DNA from: Chrysomallon squamiferum
Lineage: Eukaryota > Animalia > Mollusca
NCBI GenBank assembly: GCA_012295275.1
Contig: CM022671.1
Span: 27,528,001-27,592,000 of the forward strand
Length of the DNA: 64,000 nt
Direction of reading: 5' to 3'
Positions within the stretch are counted from its first letter, which is position 1, and each line of letters starts with the position of its first letter. Positions 26,307 to 39,701 of this stretch are shown here, piece after piece. A model generated the notes under the pieces. It was not told the origin of the DNA and ran no database searches. It saw nothing but the letters and a program-made list of their open reading frames with translations. Position numbers and translations under genes: made by a program.

Positions 26307-28378
26307 ATTATACATAATAGTAATGGTGCTTTGTAGCGGTAGCTATAGTAACAGTACAATAGCAATAAATAAACTTTGTGGATAAAATTCATTTAGATGA
26401 TGGTTTATTAATACTAATAGTAATACTAATAGAATTAGCAAAAGCGGTAGTGTCAGTGGTAGTAGTAGTGGGGAAATAATTGGTGAACAGTAGGAAATGA
26501 TTAATGTTCTCCGTATAAACGTAAAACGAAGTAGAACAGAAGCTAAACCAGATCGCGAGTTTCTAAAATAAATAGTTCGAATCAAAGTTATCTCTTTCAT
26601 TTTGAACGCTGGTTTGTCACAGTAATAGAGTTTTCAAAAAGTGAAAACAGATGTCTACAAAACTGGTTGGTCGTGGTATTCATGGCGACATAGCGTGCGA
26701 AAGTTGTTCTATCCGAAGTCTCGAGCGAGCTTGAAGCATGATGAAAATAACCACCATGATGACTTCGACTTAATTATTTCACGAATGGAATAATGCAGTG
26801 TTTCACAGGTTTTTTGAATTTGCAGAGTCGGCGAAATAGTCTTCAAAATCAGTTTTCTGTTGGATTTTAAAGGAGAAAAATATCCTACACTTATAGGGGA
26901 TTAAAACTAAACAAGTAACCTACAAAAATTAGTTACAAATAGATGAAAATAACATATATTTTGCATAACTTTTTAAAGTGATAAATCCAGTTCTTTAAGT
27001 TCGAAAGAAAACGATAATGCAACATGCTTGCTTTACAACAAACTTTTGTTACAGAGCATTTATATAATTGGTATAAACTGTATGTTTATTAAACAAAATA
27101 TAAATAAATTAATGAAAATTTAAATCATGCAGGAGGACATTTGGTTTGAAAATCATGTTCAAATTAAATTCGATGACAATAAAAATTGCATTAAACAATA
27201 TTAAAAAAATAATAACATTTAACTTGTTTTCGAAGACAAACGAGGCATCATGTTCAAATTAAATTCGATGACATTAGTAGGAGTCTTCTTGTTTCGTTCT
27301 TCACTTATAGATATCAAACCTCTTGATTATAAATGATTAAAGAGTGTTCTTCTTCGTTTCTTTAAAAATAAAGAGTGTTAATTATTATTTCAAAAAACAA
27401 AGACACACTGCGGGGTTATAATTTACTTCTTACTTCTATTTTTAGTGAACCAGAAAAACAACCAAAACAGGTTGTTGACACAAGAATAATACAGAAATAG
27501 CCAAAGAAGAAAACGAATCTGTTTTTAAATGGAGCATTTGTGTGTTTGTGTTATGGTAATGCCTACGGGTAAACGTTTTCCGTAAAGTTTTGTTTTAACA
27601 AGCTATCAGAATTTTCTAGAATGAAATAGAAATTCTTTCCTGGATATAAAATAATAACTAAATCAGTAAATAAAATGACTTTAAAAATTTTTTTTTTTTT
27701 TTTTTTTAAGAGCAAAGAAATTGAATCATTCACCACATATTCTACTCTCTGCCACAAAGTTCCTTCGAAGGTTACGCCATAGAAATAACGACTACATTAA
27801 TGTCACGGAAACATGTTGTCATTGACCACCATGTTACATCAATCTCGCCCTCTCACAGTTATCTGTTTATCGAAATTTCTTGTTCCTGTCCTCGAGCCAA
27901 GACATGTCACCCCAAGAATCTCCCGGAGAAAGGCTTCTTATTAATTACCTGTCACCTCAGCTGATCTTGCAACTTACGCCATTGATCCACGCATGCAAGA
28001 CATTGATTACTGCGCACAAAGTCTTGTTCTCTGCTCGCAAAGTTACAATAAGAATCATTGGATAATGCCAATAACGGCTCGTTCTTCCAAATGGAGAACA
28101 ACCTCAGGCAGTGTACGATGCATAATAATATAATCATTTTCGATTTTATACTCCAGTAAGACTCAGATTCCGCTGTCTTTTACGCGACCGGAGAATCTAC
28201 ATTCAGTTCAGCAGTCGGTTTGGTTATTTTCCGAAAATATTATAACAGAAATCAGAGTATTATATAAAGAAGATTTAACTGAATATTTTTTGTCGTTATT
28301 ATCTTGTTTGGACTTCCTCGTACTAATTCATATGACAAACAAGACACTGCATACTAATCATATGATACTATTTGACAG

Positions 28379-28380
<2 letters not shown>

Positions 28381-28435
<55 letters not shown>

Positions 28436-28646
28436 TACATACATTATAAGTTTAAATTCATAAGAATGATAGATTTAAAAATAAATAAATAAATAAATAA
28501 AAAGAACATCTCACAGATACCTAAAACACACACACACACACACACACATACACAGACACACATACATTATAAGTTTAAATTCATAAGAATGATAGATTTA
28601 AAAATAAATAAATAAATAAATAAAAAAGAACAAACAAATACCTAAA
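28381..28646. repeat. Tandem duplication (~123-bp period), each copy led by (CA)n
   Basis: CATACATTATAAGTTTAAATTCATAAGAATGATAGATTTAAAAATAAATAAATAAATAAATAAAAA occurs twice, near 28438 and 28561. Confidence 0.9.
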
Positions 28647-29303
28647 AAAAAAAAAAAAACACACACAAAAAACCCCCACCCAAACCCCGTCCCCGATAAA
28701 TAACAACAAAAAGCAATGATAAATAAAATAAAATAAAATGAAAGTGATAATGTAACCATACCTGCTGTGACGTGGATATTTGTTTCGGGGCTATGTATAA
28801 TTATTTAAGTCTGTTAAAACTGAAGCAAACATATTTTTGTAGGATTTATTGATCATAACGGGAGGGTACGAAAGGACAGAAAACAATTTCAAGCAGCCGA
28901 AGTTAATTTTGTCTAATTTCATCAGTTTTTGACCTATGAAAATGAGAAAAGTCCTATTTTTCCTTAACGAAAACAGTTTTCTCTGTAAATATTAATTTAA
29001 AAACAGCACTCTTTCTTATTTCTAAACATTTAGCAAAAAAATTTCGGCACGAATAAAATCATATATCTCAAATCTATGTTGAAGCCAATTATTGAATTGA
29101 AGCAATAAAATAAAATAATAACGACAGCTTTTATATTCATGTATGTTTGATTATAACATTTGATTATATCCTTTCATTTTTCATATCATAAGCTTCTACA
29201 TGCAACCACATACCAAAAGAGCGGGGGCCACTATATTCCTGTAGTTATTTTACATATATTAAAGGAATATTAAATTTAAAAAAATATATATATATATTTT
29301 TTA

Positions 29304-29304
<1 letters not shown>

Positions 29305-29372
<68 letters not shown>
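29305..29372. repeat. (CT)n microsatellite about 300 bp upstream of the RasGAP start codon
   Basis: Direct reading. Confidence 0.95.
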
Positions 29373-29373
<1 letters not shown>

Positions 29374-29685
29374 ACAAACATAATAATTCATTTTTCATAT
29401 TTTTGTTTACACCGAAATAATTAATGTTAATAATAAACAATAATAAAATTCACAAATGTAGATTAATCTAGCAAAATTATAAAAAAAATAGATATTGTAA
29501 TAAACGTTTGCAGTATTTGCAGCAAAGAATGCTCCACGGTCTGGAGGAAAGTTTGACCGAAGAAAACAAAAACGAAAATAAGAAAGATAACTCTGGATAA
29601 CTGTCAATAATAATAATAATATGTATAAATATTTAGCTTCCTGTCGAAAGTGTAATTGAAGTTTACGCAATGCCAACGCATAGCT

Positions 29686-29753
29686 ATGTGCTCTAAGCAC
29701 ACAACTTTATACCTTCGAATATCGGAAGCAAAAAACCTATTAGCAAAAGATCT
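29686..29753 (+). CDS. RASAL1: RasGAP exon 1 (MCSKHTTLYLRISEAKNLLAKD)
   Basis: First in-frame ATG after a TAA at 29653; C2A strand 1 like the RASA4/RASAL1 N-terminus; donor CT|gtaagt. Confidence 0.9.
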
Positions 29754-30005
29754 GTAAGTCCATCAAAGTTAATATTCATTCTGTCACATGTACCCATCTA
29801 GTTTATATTTAGAATTTAATCTTTTGTTTTCTACAAAAAATATTAAAATAAAATTATAAAATAACATTAAATGATTAATTTACGTAAATCATTAATGATA
29901 ATATATATATATATATTTATTGATCATTTAATTTAACTATAAATGGTTTTGTTGTACAATATATTTATTTGCTGTGAAATAATATAACACCAAACAACAA
30001 CAGCA

Positions 30006-30047
<42 letters not shown>

Positions 30048-32521
30048 TTATTATTTTAATTATTATTATTAATATCATTTTTTTCTTCTTCCAGAAATGG
30101 GAAAAGTGATCCTTACTGTGTTATTAAAGTTGATAATGAAGTCATAGCCAGGTAATTTATTATCAGTTAAAAATAAAGTTGTTTAAACCAACAGTTTCAG
30201 GCCACATTAATAATGATGTGTGAATAACACTTAATTGATAAAAAAAAAAAATCTTATGTAAAAGATTAGGAAAAATTGGATAAAACTATTTTTATCGAGC
30301 AAAATCCCCCAAAAACGACAATTCCCCCCTCCCCTGCAACAACAGTAACAATAATAAAAACATTAACAGTAATAATAATAATAATAAATAATTAATATGC
30401 ACATATATAACTGATTAAAATGCAGTTTGGGTGAGATCATGAGAAATTTGATATTATTTATTAAATAGAATGAATAATGGAATCAATTATTATTATGTAA
30501 ATCAATAATTATTTTATTATTTTTACTGTTTTATGGATATTTTTTTTCCAACAAAACAATATTTTCTGTGCATTTTTTTATAACACATTAGACCCTCCAT
30601 TCAACAGACCCCTATTTGAAAGGATTTTGGAAATTCCAGATAAAATTTGGGAAATATACAAATATTCTCAAATTTGCCAAAATAAGGACCATCCATGAGT
30701 TGGGGAAGCATCTGAAAATGTCTACTTGTGTATGCCAGTCAATTTACATAGGCCACCTGTGTTTTCATGCTGTGTTTTATCTTGGAATTCTTTAGATATA
30801 TAATTTTATTTTTATATTGTATGATATGACAATGGCACCATTATATGATACAAATTCAGTCTGTTGATTATCAGTGTAAACAAAAGCTGTGAAATTAAAG
30901 TAAATTTAGTTCTATGTATTATTCTACATATTAGTATTTGTGGTATTTACAACATCTTGGATGACCTTTCCCCTTTTAGTCAATTAAATGAAGAGTCTAT
31001 TGTATATAAAAGAGTGGCTATATTTGTTTAAATATAAAGGTTGATGAGAATGAAAATAATTATTTTTACCCAAACATTTGTTAACATGAAGAATAATTTA
31101 CTTGAATGAGTAAATATAATTTACTTTGTAAATAAGTTTTTTTTTACTATTGGTTATGTAGTAACCATACACATACATTGAAGCAGTTTAGATTTGTTAT
31201 GATAGGAGCTGATACTTTGAGGATACTTTTCTCTATGTTAAATACTCTGCTTTAAAAAGTATTTTTCAGTTTGCTGGGGTTTTTTTCTCCATGAATTTCA
31301 ATACTGAATGTTTAAATGTTTTAGAATCATTCATATTGTTATCTATTGAACAAATGTACAAATGAAAAACAAAGGGTTTTTTTTGTTTCAGGACAGTTAC
31401 AGTTTATAAAAGTCTGCAGCCATTATGGGCTGAGGAATTCAAACTACACATGCCTTTCGGTTTTCAAGATCTTGCAATATATGTGTACGATGAAGACAAA
31501 GTCAGGTTTGTTTTGTCTTGAGGTTTTGAATGATAGAGAAAAGCAATTTAAAAAAAAAATCACTGAATTTTCTGATTTCGTATTTTACTTATTTTTCATT
31601 TCTGGGATGTTTTGTTAATTTCAGTGGTGATGATGTCATTGGAACAGTCTCAATCAGCCGAAGTCTGTTACAGCAGAATTCTAGTGGTAAAGGTGAACAG
31701 TAATTCTAATATATAAATATTTAATGATAGATACATACGTACATACAGTATACACATACACATATACAAGCATACATACAGACGTACATAGACACATACG
31801 TGCATATTAATGTGTGTGTGTGCATCATGCACACTCATATATTCACACATATATGTAAAAATATTTATTATTATTAGAATCAGAAATAACATCTTTCATT
31901 CCAACACCAAATTCCTGTCAAATAATAAACCATCATCTAAATGAATTTTATCCACAAAGTTTATTTAGACAGACCAGAGTTTGTGTTTTTGAAAATATGG
32001 GTTAGAAAAATAGAAATAAAAGTTAAAAGAAATTTCATTCTGTGTCTGGATATCCAAATTTGTTTTTATTTTATTATTTTTAGGGTTTATATATATATTT
32101 TTTTCTCTCCCTTTATCTTTGTCTCTTTTTACCCATTAACTATTGAACAATTAATGTTCGCATTATTTCTAAAAGGGGTGGAAGACTGGTTTCCCTTATG
32201 GAAAGTTGACAAAGACTTTGAAATACAAGGTGAAATTCTGCTGGAATATGGCATTCGGGAATCAGAAAATCTGGATACCTGTTTCATCATCACAGTTATT
32301 GAGGGCAGGTGTGTTTTTGTGAGGCATTCTTTTCATTTGATAAAGACACTATATTTATATTAAATGAAATATAAAATTATATCTTGTTTTTATTATTATT
32401 TCTTTTGTTTTATTATTATTAATTTTAAGACTGTTGTCCCCAATAATTTTAAATATTTTTTGTAAGGATGCTGCTCTATACCAATAGTATTTATTTTATA
32501 GCTAATGCAGTGAGACTATGT

Positions 32522-32568
<47 letters not shown>

Positions 32569-35500
32569 TGTGTGTGAAATTACACAGTGAGTATATTAAT
32601 ATTTTGTTTTATTCCTCTGGACAGAGATCTTGCTCCAAAAGACAAAACTGGCTATTCTGACCCTTACATCACAATAGAATGCTTCAACCAAACCAGGACT
32701 ACCTCGGTATAAGTTTCAGTTTAAGCTGTGTAATAATGTTACAGTGATAAAAATATACACTGAATTAATCTCTTTTTTTTAATTTCCTTCTTTTTCTTTT
32801 CTTTTTTCTATATTGAGATTTATGTGAATTAGATTTTTTCTCTCTTTCTTTTTTAAAGTAATTAATAATCTGAAATTAAAAATAAATCTCTTCATTTTGT
32901 ATACTATCTGAATACATACATATATATATATATATATGCACACAGACAAAACAACGCACACACACATACAAACAAGACACAAACACAAACACAAACATAC
33001 ACACACACACACATAAGTATCTGTTATTTGTTATTCAGAGCCAGAAGAAAACTCGTTTTCCTGAATGGCACGAAACATTTGAGTTTCCTATTCCTCCTAG
33101 CTGTGCAGAACTAAACGTCACTTTGACTGTGATGGACAAAGATCGAATTAGAAGTGATGACTTCATGGGAAGGGTAGGCATATTTCATTAGTTATATCCA
33201 ATGCAACAGAATGTTGAATGTTAACTTTTACCATTCTTACAAATACAGTAAATATTTTTTTCTTCTTCTTCCTCTTACTGTGGTTAATAAATGGACAAAT
33301 ATATTTTTTTAAATAATGTATTGTTTGTGGACAACATCTTACACTATTTGTCATTTATCAGTAACTGGTTTTTTTTTTTTTTTAACTTTGTAGATACATC
33401 ATAAATGTTCTGTGATACATTGTTATATAGATTGTTATATGAATTTCTATCCATTGTTTTGTAATTATTTCTAGATCTACCTCACATCTGCTGACATTCC
33501 GTGTGGCTCTCTAGTTAAAAACTGGCATCCTGTGTGTCACAAACCTCTCACAGACAGTGTCATACGCAGAAACAGGTTTATTAACTTTGAAATACTACTT
33601 GGTGACAGATGTAATAATAATAATAAGAATGAGAATGAGAATGAGAATGATAGTGATAGTGATAGTGATAGTGATAGTGATAGTGATAGTGATAATGATA
33701 ATAATATTATTATTATTATTTTTAAGTCACTGAAATATGTATATATTTTTAAATTCAATGTCTCTATTTATCTTATTTAAAATTCTAATATATAAAAATA
33801 TATACTTTCATTTTTTTTCTTTTTTTTAAATTTAATATTAAATTAGAAGTAAAATTTTTATTTTTTTAAAATGTTTTAGGAATGTAGTTTCTAGTTTTGA
33901 ATTACTGATTTCTTCATTTTTTTTTTTTTTTTTTTTTTTTCTGATGCAGTAAAATTGAACGAGGAAAAATTCGTATAAAATTTCACTTGTTGGAGGAAAA
34001 TGTACTCCCAGCATCTTGCTACCAGCCTTTGACTCATTTGCTCATACAGGCAGTTACTGAACAGGTATCTCTTCTGTGACTTGTTTTATATTCTTTATTG
34101 TTTGTATTAAAGACTAAATTACATATCTACATCTATACAAATTGTGTTTGTTTAAATATCAAATTTAATTTAAATTAGTAAAGGTTCAACCAGCTAACCC
34201 ACAATGTTAACAAGAAAATGTAATGTGAACTCAAGAAAATAATTTTTAAAATTTTATTTTTTATTTTTTGACTTCCATATATTGAAGTGTTTATAAAAAT
34301 TTCCCTTGATACTAATCTGTCAGGTGGCTTCATTACAACACCTGACAGTACATGATTAAAATGTATCGAGATTTTACAATTTCTTACTAATTTTCTGAAA
34401 AAATAATACGATAATCAAATATGTTTCACATTTTCCCCTCTGATAACATCACTTTAAAACAAAACCTGTAAATTAATATTTAAATTTACTGAGGTGTCAA
34501 GAGACACATAGTTGTTTATTTAATCATTCATTTGTATTCATCACAGTCCAGTGACCTGGGTGCGCTGATGTGGAACACCCTGGAAGAGTATCGCACTCTG
34601 GAACTCAGTGAAGTGGCCGCTTCATTGATTCGATTTTTTCTTGGTCACGCTGTTGTTGAGTTCTTAAACCAAGTTACTGTTAAAGACATTCAAACAACAG
34701 GTAACTAACTACTTTAGATGAATGATCTGTCAAATACCGTTATGCAAATCAAATCTGGATTAAAAAGTAACAAAAATGTGCATTTTGTTTTTGCCACATT
34801 TTCTTCTTTTTGTTTTTTTCTTTACTAATGGTTTCATTGTTAAGTACCATTTTAAAGATTTGTCACTTAGTATTATCAGGAATACTTTTTTTTCTCATTT
34901 GCTTTGATTGTTATTGTAAAATGAAGAAAAATAAACATAGTTAATATCCTCTAAAGTGATGGTTAATATGTGTAAAACATTTGTCCAATATAATTGTAAA
35001 CCATACATTTTACTGATTTTTAAATATTTAATTATATATGCCATATATATATATATAAAACAATGAAATATGTAGCATTTTGCATGTGATTTTGTTTTTC
35101 ATCAGAACTTTAAATTACAAGCAAACTTGAATAATGCCTAAAGAGTGACTTCTTGTTAATGATAAATAAGTTTTTTTGGACTTGCTCTTGTTTACAAGCT
35201 TAATGCATGTTCTTTGTTAGCCCGTTTAGAGTGTAAACCTTTCGTGTCAGTGTCGCATGCTTTGTGCATTATTTCAGCGGATCCTAACACTCTGTTTAGA
35301 GGTAACAGTCTGGGTACGAAATCGATGGATCAGTTCATGAAGGTAGGTGTAACACAGAGTTGAATATTTCAGATTCTTAACATCTTACGCGCTGCTGAAT
35401 TAAACACAGCGACTTATACATAGCTTCGGTACAACTGTTCTGCCAAAGTACTAATTATTTATTCATACACAAATTAGTTTTGTATAAAATCTTTTTATAT

Positions 35501-35591
35501 TAATTTTTTTTTTGAAATCTTAGTTTGATTTTTTTTTTTAATTTTTTTTTATATATATTGGAAAGAATTATTATTGGTATTGTTGTTGTTA

Positions 35592-35653
<62 letters not shown>

Positions 35654-35955
35654 TTTATTTTTATTTTTATTTTTATTTTTATTTTTATTTTTATTTTTTT
35701 ATTTTTTTTTTTAAATAATATATAATAGTATTTAAAATTGAAGACTTTATTTTTTTAACAGTTAGGGTTAGATAACGGATTGTATAATATGTATGGATTT
35801 TAGAAATTTTAATGCATGTGTTTAGCCTTTGTCTTGCAGTGATCAAAATAGTTTTATTTTATTATTGTAGTTTCACTGTGTAGATTTTGAGATTATATTT
35901 AATGTGCATGAAATATATTAAACTGTCTTGTATATCTATATCTATAACTATCTAT

Positions 35956-36033
<78 letters not shown>

Positions 36034-39000
36034 GATCACAGTATATATTGCTGCCATATGAATTCTCAACCATTGTCATTCACAATGATTTCAGAAAATG
36101 TAATGTTATTTCTGTTAGTGAATGTGTGTGTGTTGTTATCATTGTTATCTTTATTATTATTACCATCATTATCATTATTACTTTTATTATTATTATCATC
36201 ATCATCATTATTATTATTACTTTTATTATTATTTTTATTACCATTATTATTATTATCATTATTATTATTATTAAATTAATTTTCAGATTGTAGGTATGCC
36301 ATACCTACATGAAACACTGACACCTGTGATAGACAGAATATTTTCAGAAAAGAAAACTGTAGAACTTGATCCTCATCGGGTGAACTGTACTCGCAGGTCT
36401 CTTTTTATTTATCATCATTATCCTCACTTTCTTATAAAAATAGAATAAAGTTATTCACTAATTTTAGGTGTAATATCAAAGGTGGTAGGTATACACTGAT
36501 GGAAAGGTTTAGAACAAATATAATTTTGAATAATTAAATTTTATCTTTTTAATTCATTATTTTTCAAAGTGTTTTTAATTTGTGTAAATACCAATTTTGT
36601 TGGACTCTCTGATGTTGTTACATTTATATTTCTTTTTTCTTATCATATGTTTTCTTTTAGCATCTCTACACATTTGCTGAAAAGATTTAGAAATATACTG
36701 TCTTCATTTTTACTGTTTTTATCTATTTCATCCTATTATTATTATCTTTCTTTTCATCTTTTTGATCTTGTTCTTATTACTATTGCTACTACTATTACTA
36801 CTACTACTACTACTTCTACTACTACTGCTATTACTGTTTCTACTCCTACTATGATTATTACCATTATTATTATTATTATTATTACTATTTTTATTATAAT
36901 AATTATTAATATTATTTTTTTTTTTTTTTTTTTTTTTCAACGTCATAGTATTTGCATTGTTATCATAATTTTTCTTATTATTATTTTCTTCATATTGGTA
37001 TTATTATATTTTGCTGAGTAATTATTATTAACATCATCATCATTATCATCATCACAATTACTTTGTGACTGTTGTTACTACAGAAGACACAGTATTTATC
37101 GAGAATCTGAAGGTGAAGTACTGACGTCTAGTCAGAGCTTACTGGAAGGATACCTCAGTGAAATTATGGATCGCATCTTCAGTTCTGTCACAAAATGTCC
37201 AAGAACCATGAGAATTGTGTTTAGAAATCTACAAGAAGCTGTCAGACAGAAATGGCCTGAAGAGAGTTATGAGGTATTACATAATATATTCTGTGTAAAT
37301 TTGTAAATTTTATATACTATATGATAACCATATAAACCTCCCCCCAAAAAGTAAAAAACGAAAATCAGCTGATTGAAAGTAAATATAAGCCAAATGAAAT
37401 GAATACATTTATTCATGATTCTTTTCTTTTTATCTTTATTGTTCTTGTATTTTATATTTTCAGTGTATTTATATATTTTTTTATTTGTTTTTATAAATGT
37501 GCTAAGCAGAATAGTATTAAAATTAAACAGTTATTTTGTGAAGCTCAAATAAAATATTCAGTTTATTTTTTCTTTTAAATTAAAAAGATTAAAGTGAAAT
37601 GATTTTTATTTTGCATGTTATTTACAGGACACTCCATACCTGGCAGTTAGTGGATTCTTGTTTCTGAGATTCTTTGCTCCAGCCATTTTAGCACCCAAGC
37701 TGTATTCCTTCCAGACTTTCCACCCCAACAGTAAAATAAGCAGAACACTTACTTTACTGGCCAAGGTATAAACTGTAGTTTTGATTAATTAAAAACAAAA
37801 TTTGTATTCATTTTGTACATTTGATAACATTAGCTCTTACACAGATGCTGAACACAGTAGCTAAAAGTAAAGCACTTTGTAAAAAGTGAATTTTTGGATC
37901 CAAAATTTAAATATACTAGAAATTTTAAATCATTTATTATTTCAAACAGGTACTTTTTAAGTGTTTGACTTTGAGAATATAATATTCTTGGATTTATAAA
38001 GGCCTTAAAAATGTCCTTATTATACCTACCTCTTTGTTCTGTTATCTTTGAAAATTCACACACAGCTTATACAATTTAGATGAATAATGATTGCATCTAC
38101 TCAGGAAAATATATGGAGTTTTCAAATTACCTTTTTTTCTTTATTCCTGACTGAAAGGTTATTTTAATTATTTTTTTACTCCCTGAAACAGATTTATAAC
38201 AAAGTATTATAGATTAGAAACACAAAGCATTTGCTGTTGTTCAGTATCTTTATACATTATAAATAAACAAGCATAAAACAGGGTGTGTATTTTATATGAA
38301 AGATACATTACAAAGGTACATAACTGTAGTGAACGGTTATTGGATTACAATATTTATTTTTTTTTAACAGTTAAGTTTTTATGAAAATGAAAATTATTTT
38401 CACTATAATATGAAGTATAGGTTTGTGATAAAATATTTCAGGTGACTCAAAGTGTGGGCAATCTGACAGTTCAGCATGGGAAGGAATCTTGGTTGCATCC
38501 ACTGGAACCAGTCATCAAAATGTACGTGTTGAAAGCGAGAGATTTCATAGATGAACTTGTCAACTTGGGTGATCCTTCAGGTTAGATCTACATCCTTCTT
38601 CTCATTCATTGTTGTTGAAATTACTTTTTACTCAGTAAAAAGATACAGTGTTGTTGACCCCCAAATATTTATTGTTTTATTTCTATCTAAGATTCTAAGA
38701 TGTTTGGTCAATTGTTACATTTTAAAATAAGTATTGATTCAATAGATAATTCATATGTATACATAAACCATATGTTTTAGTAAATAACTTTGTACTAACA
38801 TTTAGCATTTTATTTATCCATGGTTAATTTTACTATGAAAATTAATTTAGCTGTTTAAATATGATCCACTAATGTCTTACACAATGTTAAAGGCACCTGA
38901 TGTTTGGCATTCAGAACAAAACTCTAAATATTTCCTCCATCTTTATATTTATTAGATTTTTGTGATGTGATATGCGATTGTTTTATTTGTAATGTTTGAT

Positions 39001-39534
39001 TTTCAGATTCTCACTATGATTCTGGGCTGTCTCGTGAACTTTGTTCTCGTTCAGTTATCTTGAAACAAGGAGTCTTACAGAAATGTCGATATCGCAGCAA
39101 ATATCTTTTCCGACTCCTTGTTCTGAAAAAGTGCAACTTCTGGCTCACCTATGATAATCTCAGCTATGCAAAAATAAATTCTGAACAGGTATCTTTTATT
39201 TTATTATTATTATTATTATTATTCATTATTATTATTATTATTATTATTATTTTTTTTTTTTTTGTTATCAAATTTTTTCATTAATACATATATGACTACC
39301 ATTTAATGTAACTTGTATTAATAATAGTTTCACATTTCTTAAATCCTTCACTTATCCTGAAAAAAGAAAAATGTCTTTCTGTTACTATTCATAAATTATC
39401 AACCACTTTGAAAACATATGTACAAATGTTATTTCATTTGTAATACTAAAGAAATGAATTTACACTGTTTTTGATTTTTTTGTTTCTAATTGGACTGTCA
39501 GAATTCAGAACCATTATGCTCATCCACCCAACAT

Positions 39535-39602
<68 letters not shown>

Positions 39603-39666
39603 GTGTGTGTGTGTAAATTTTGGATGGATGAATAAATGTTTGATGACAACACAGGACATATTTTTA

Positions 39667-39701
<35 letters not shown>

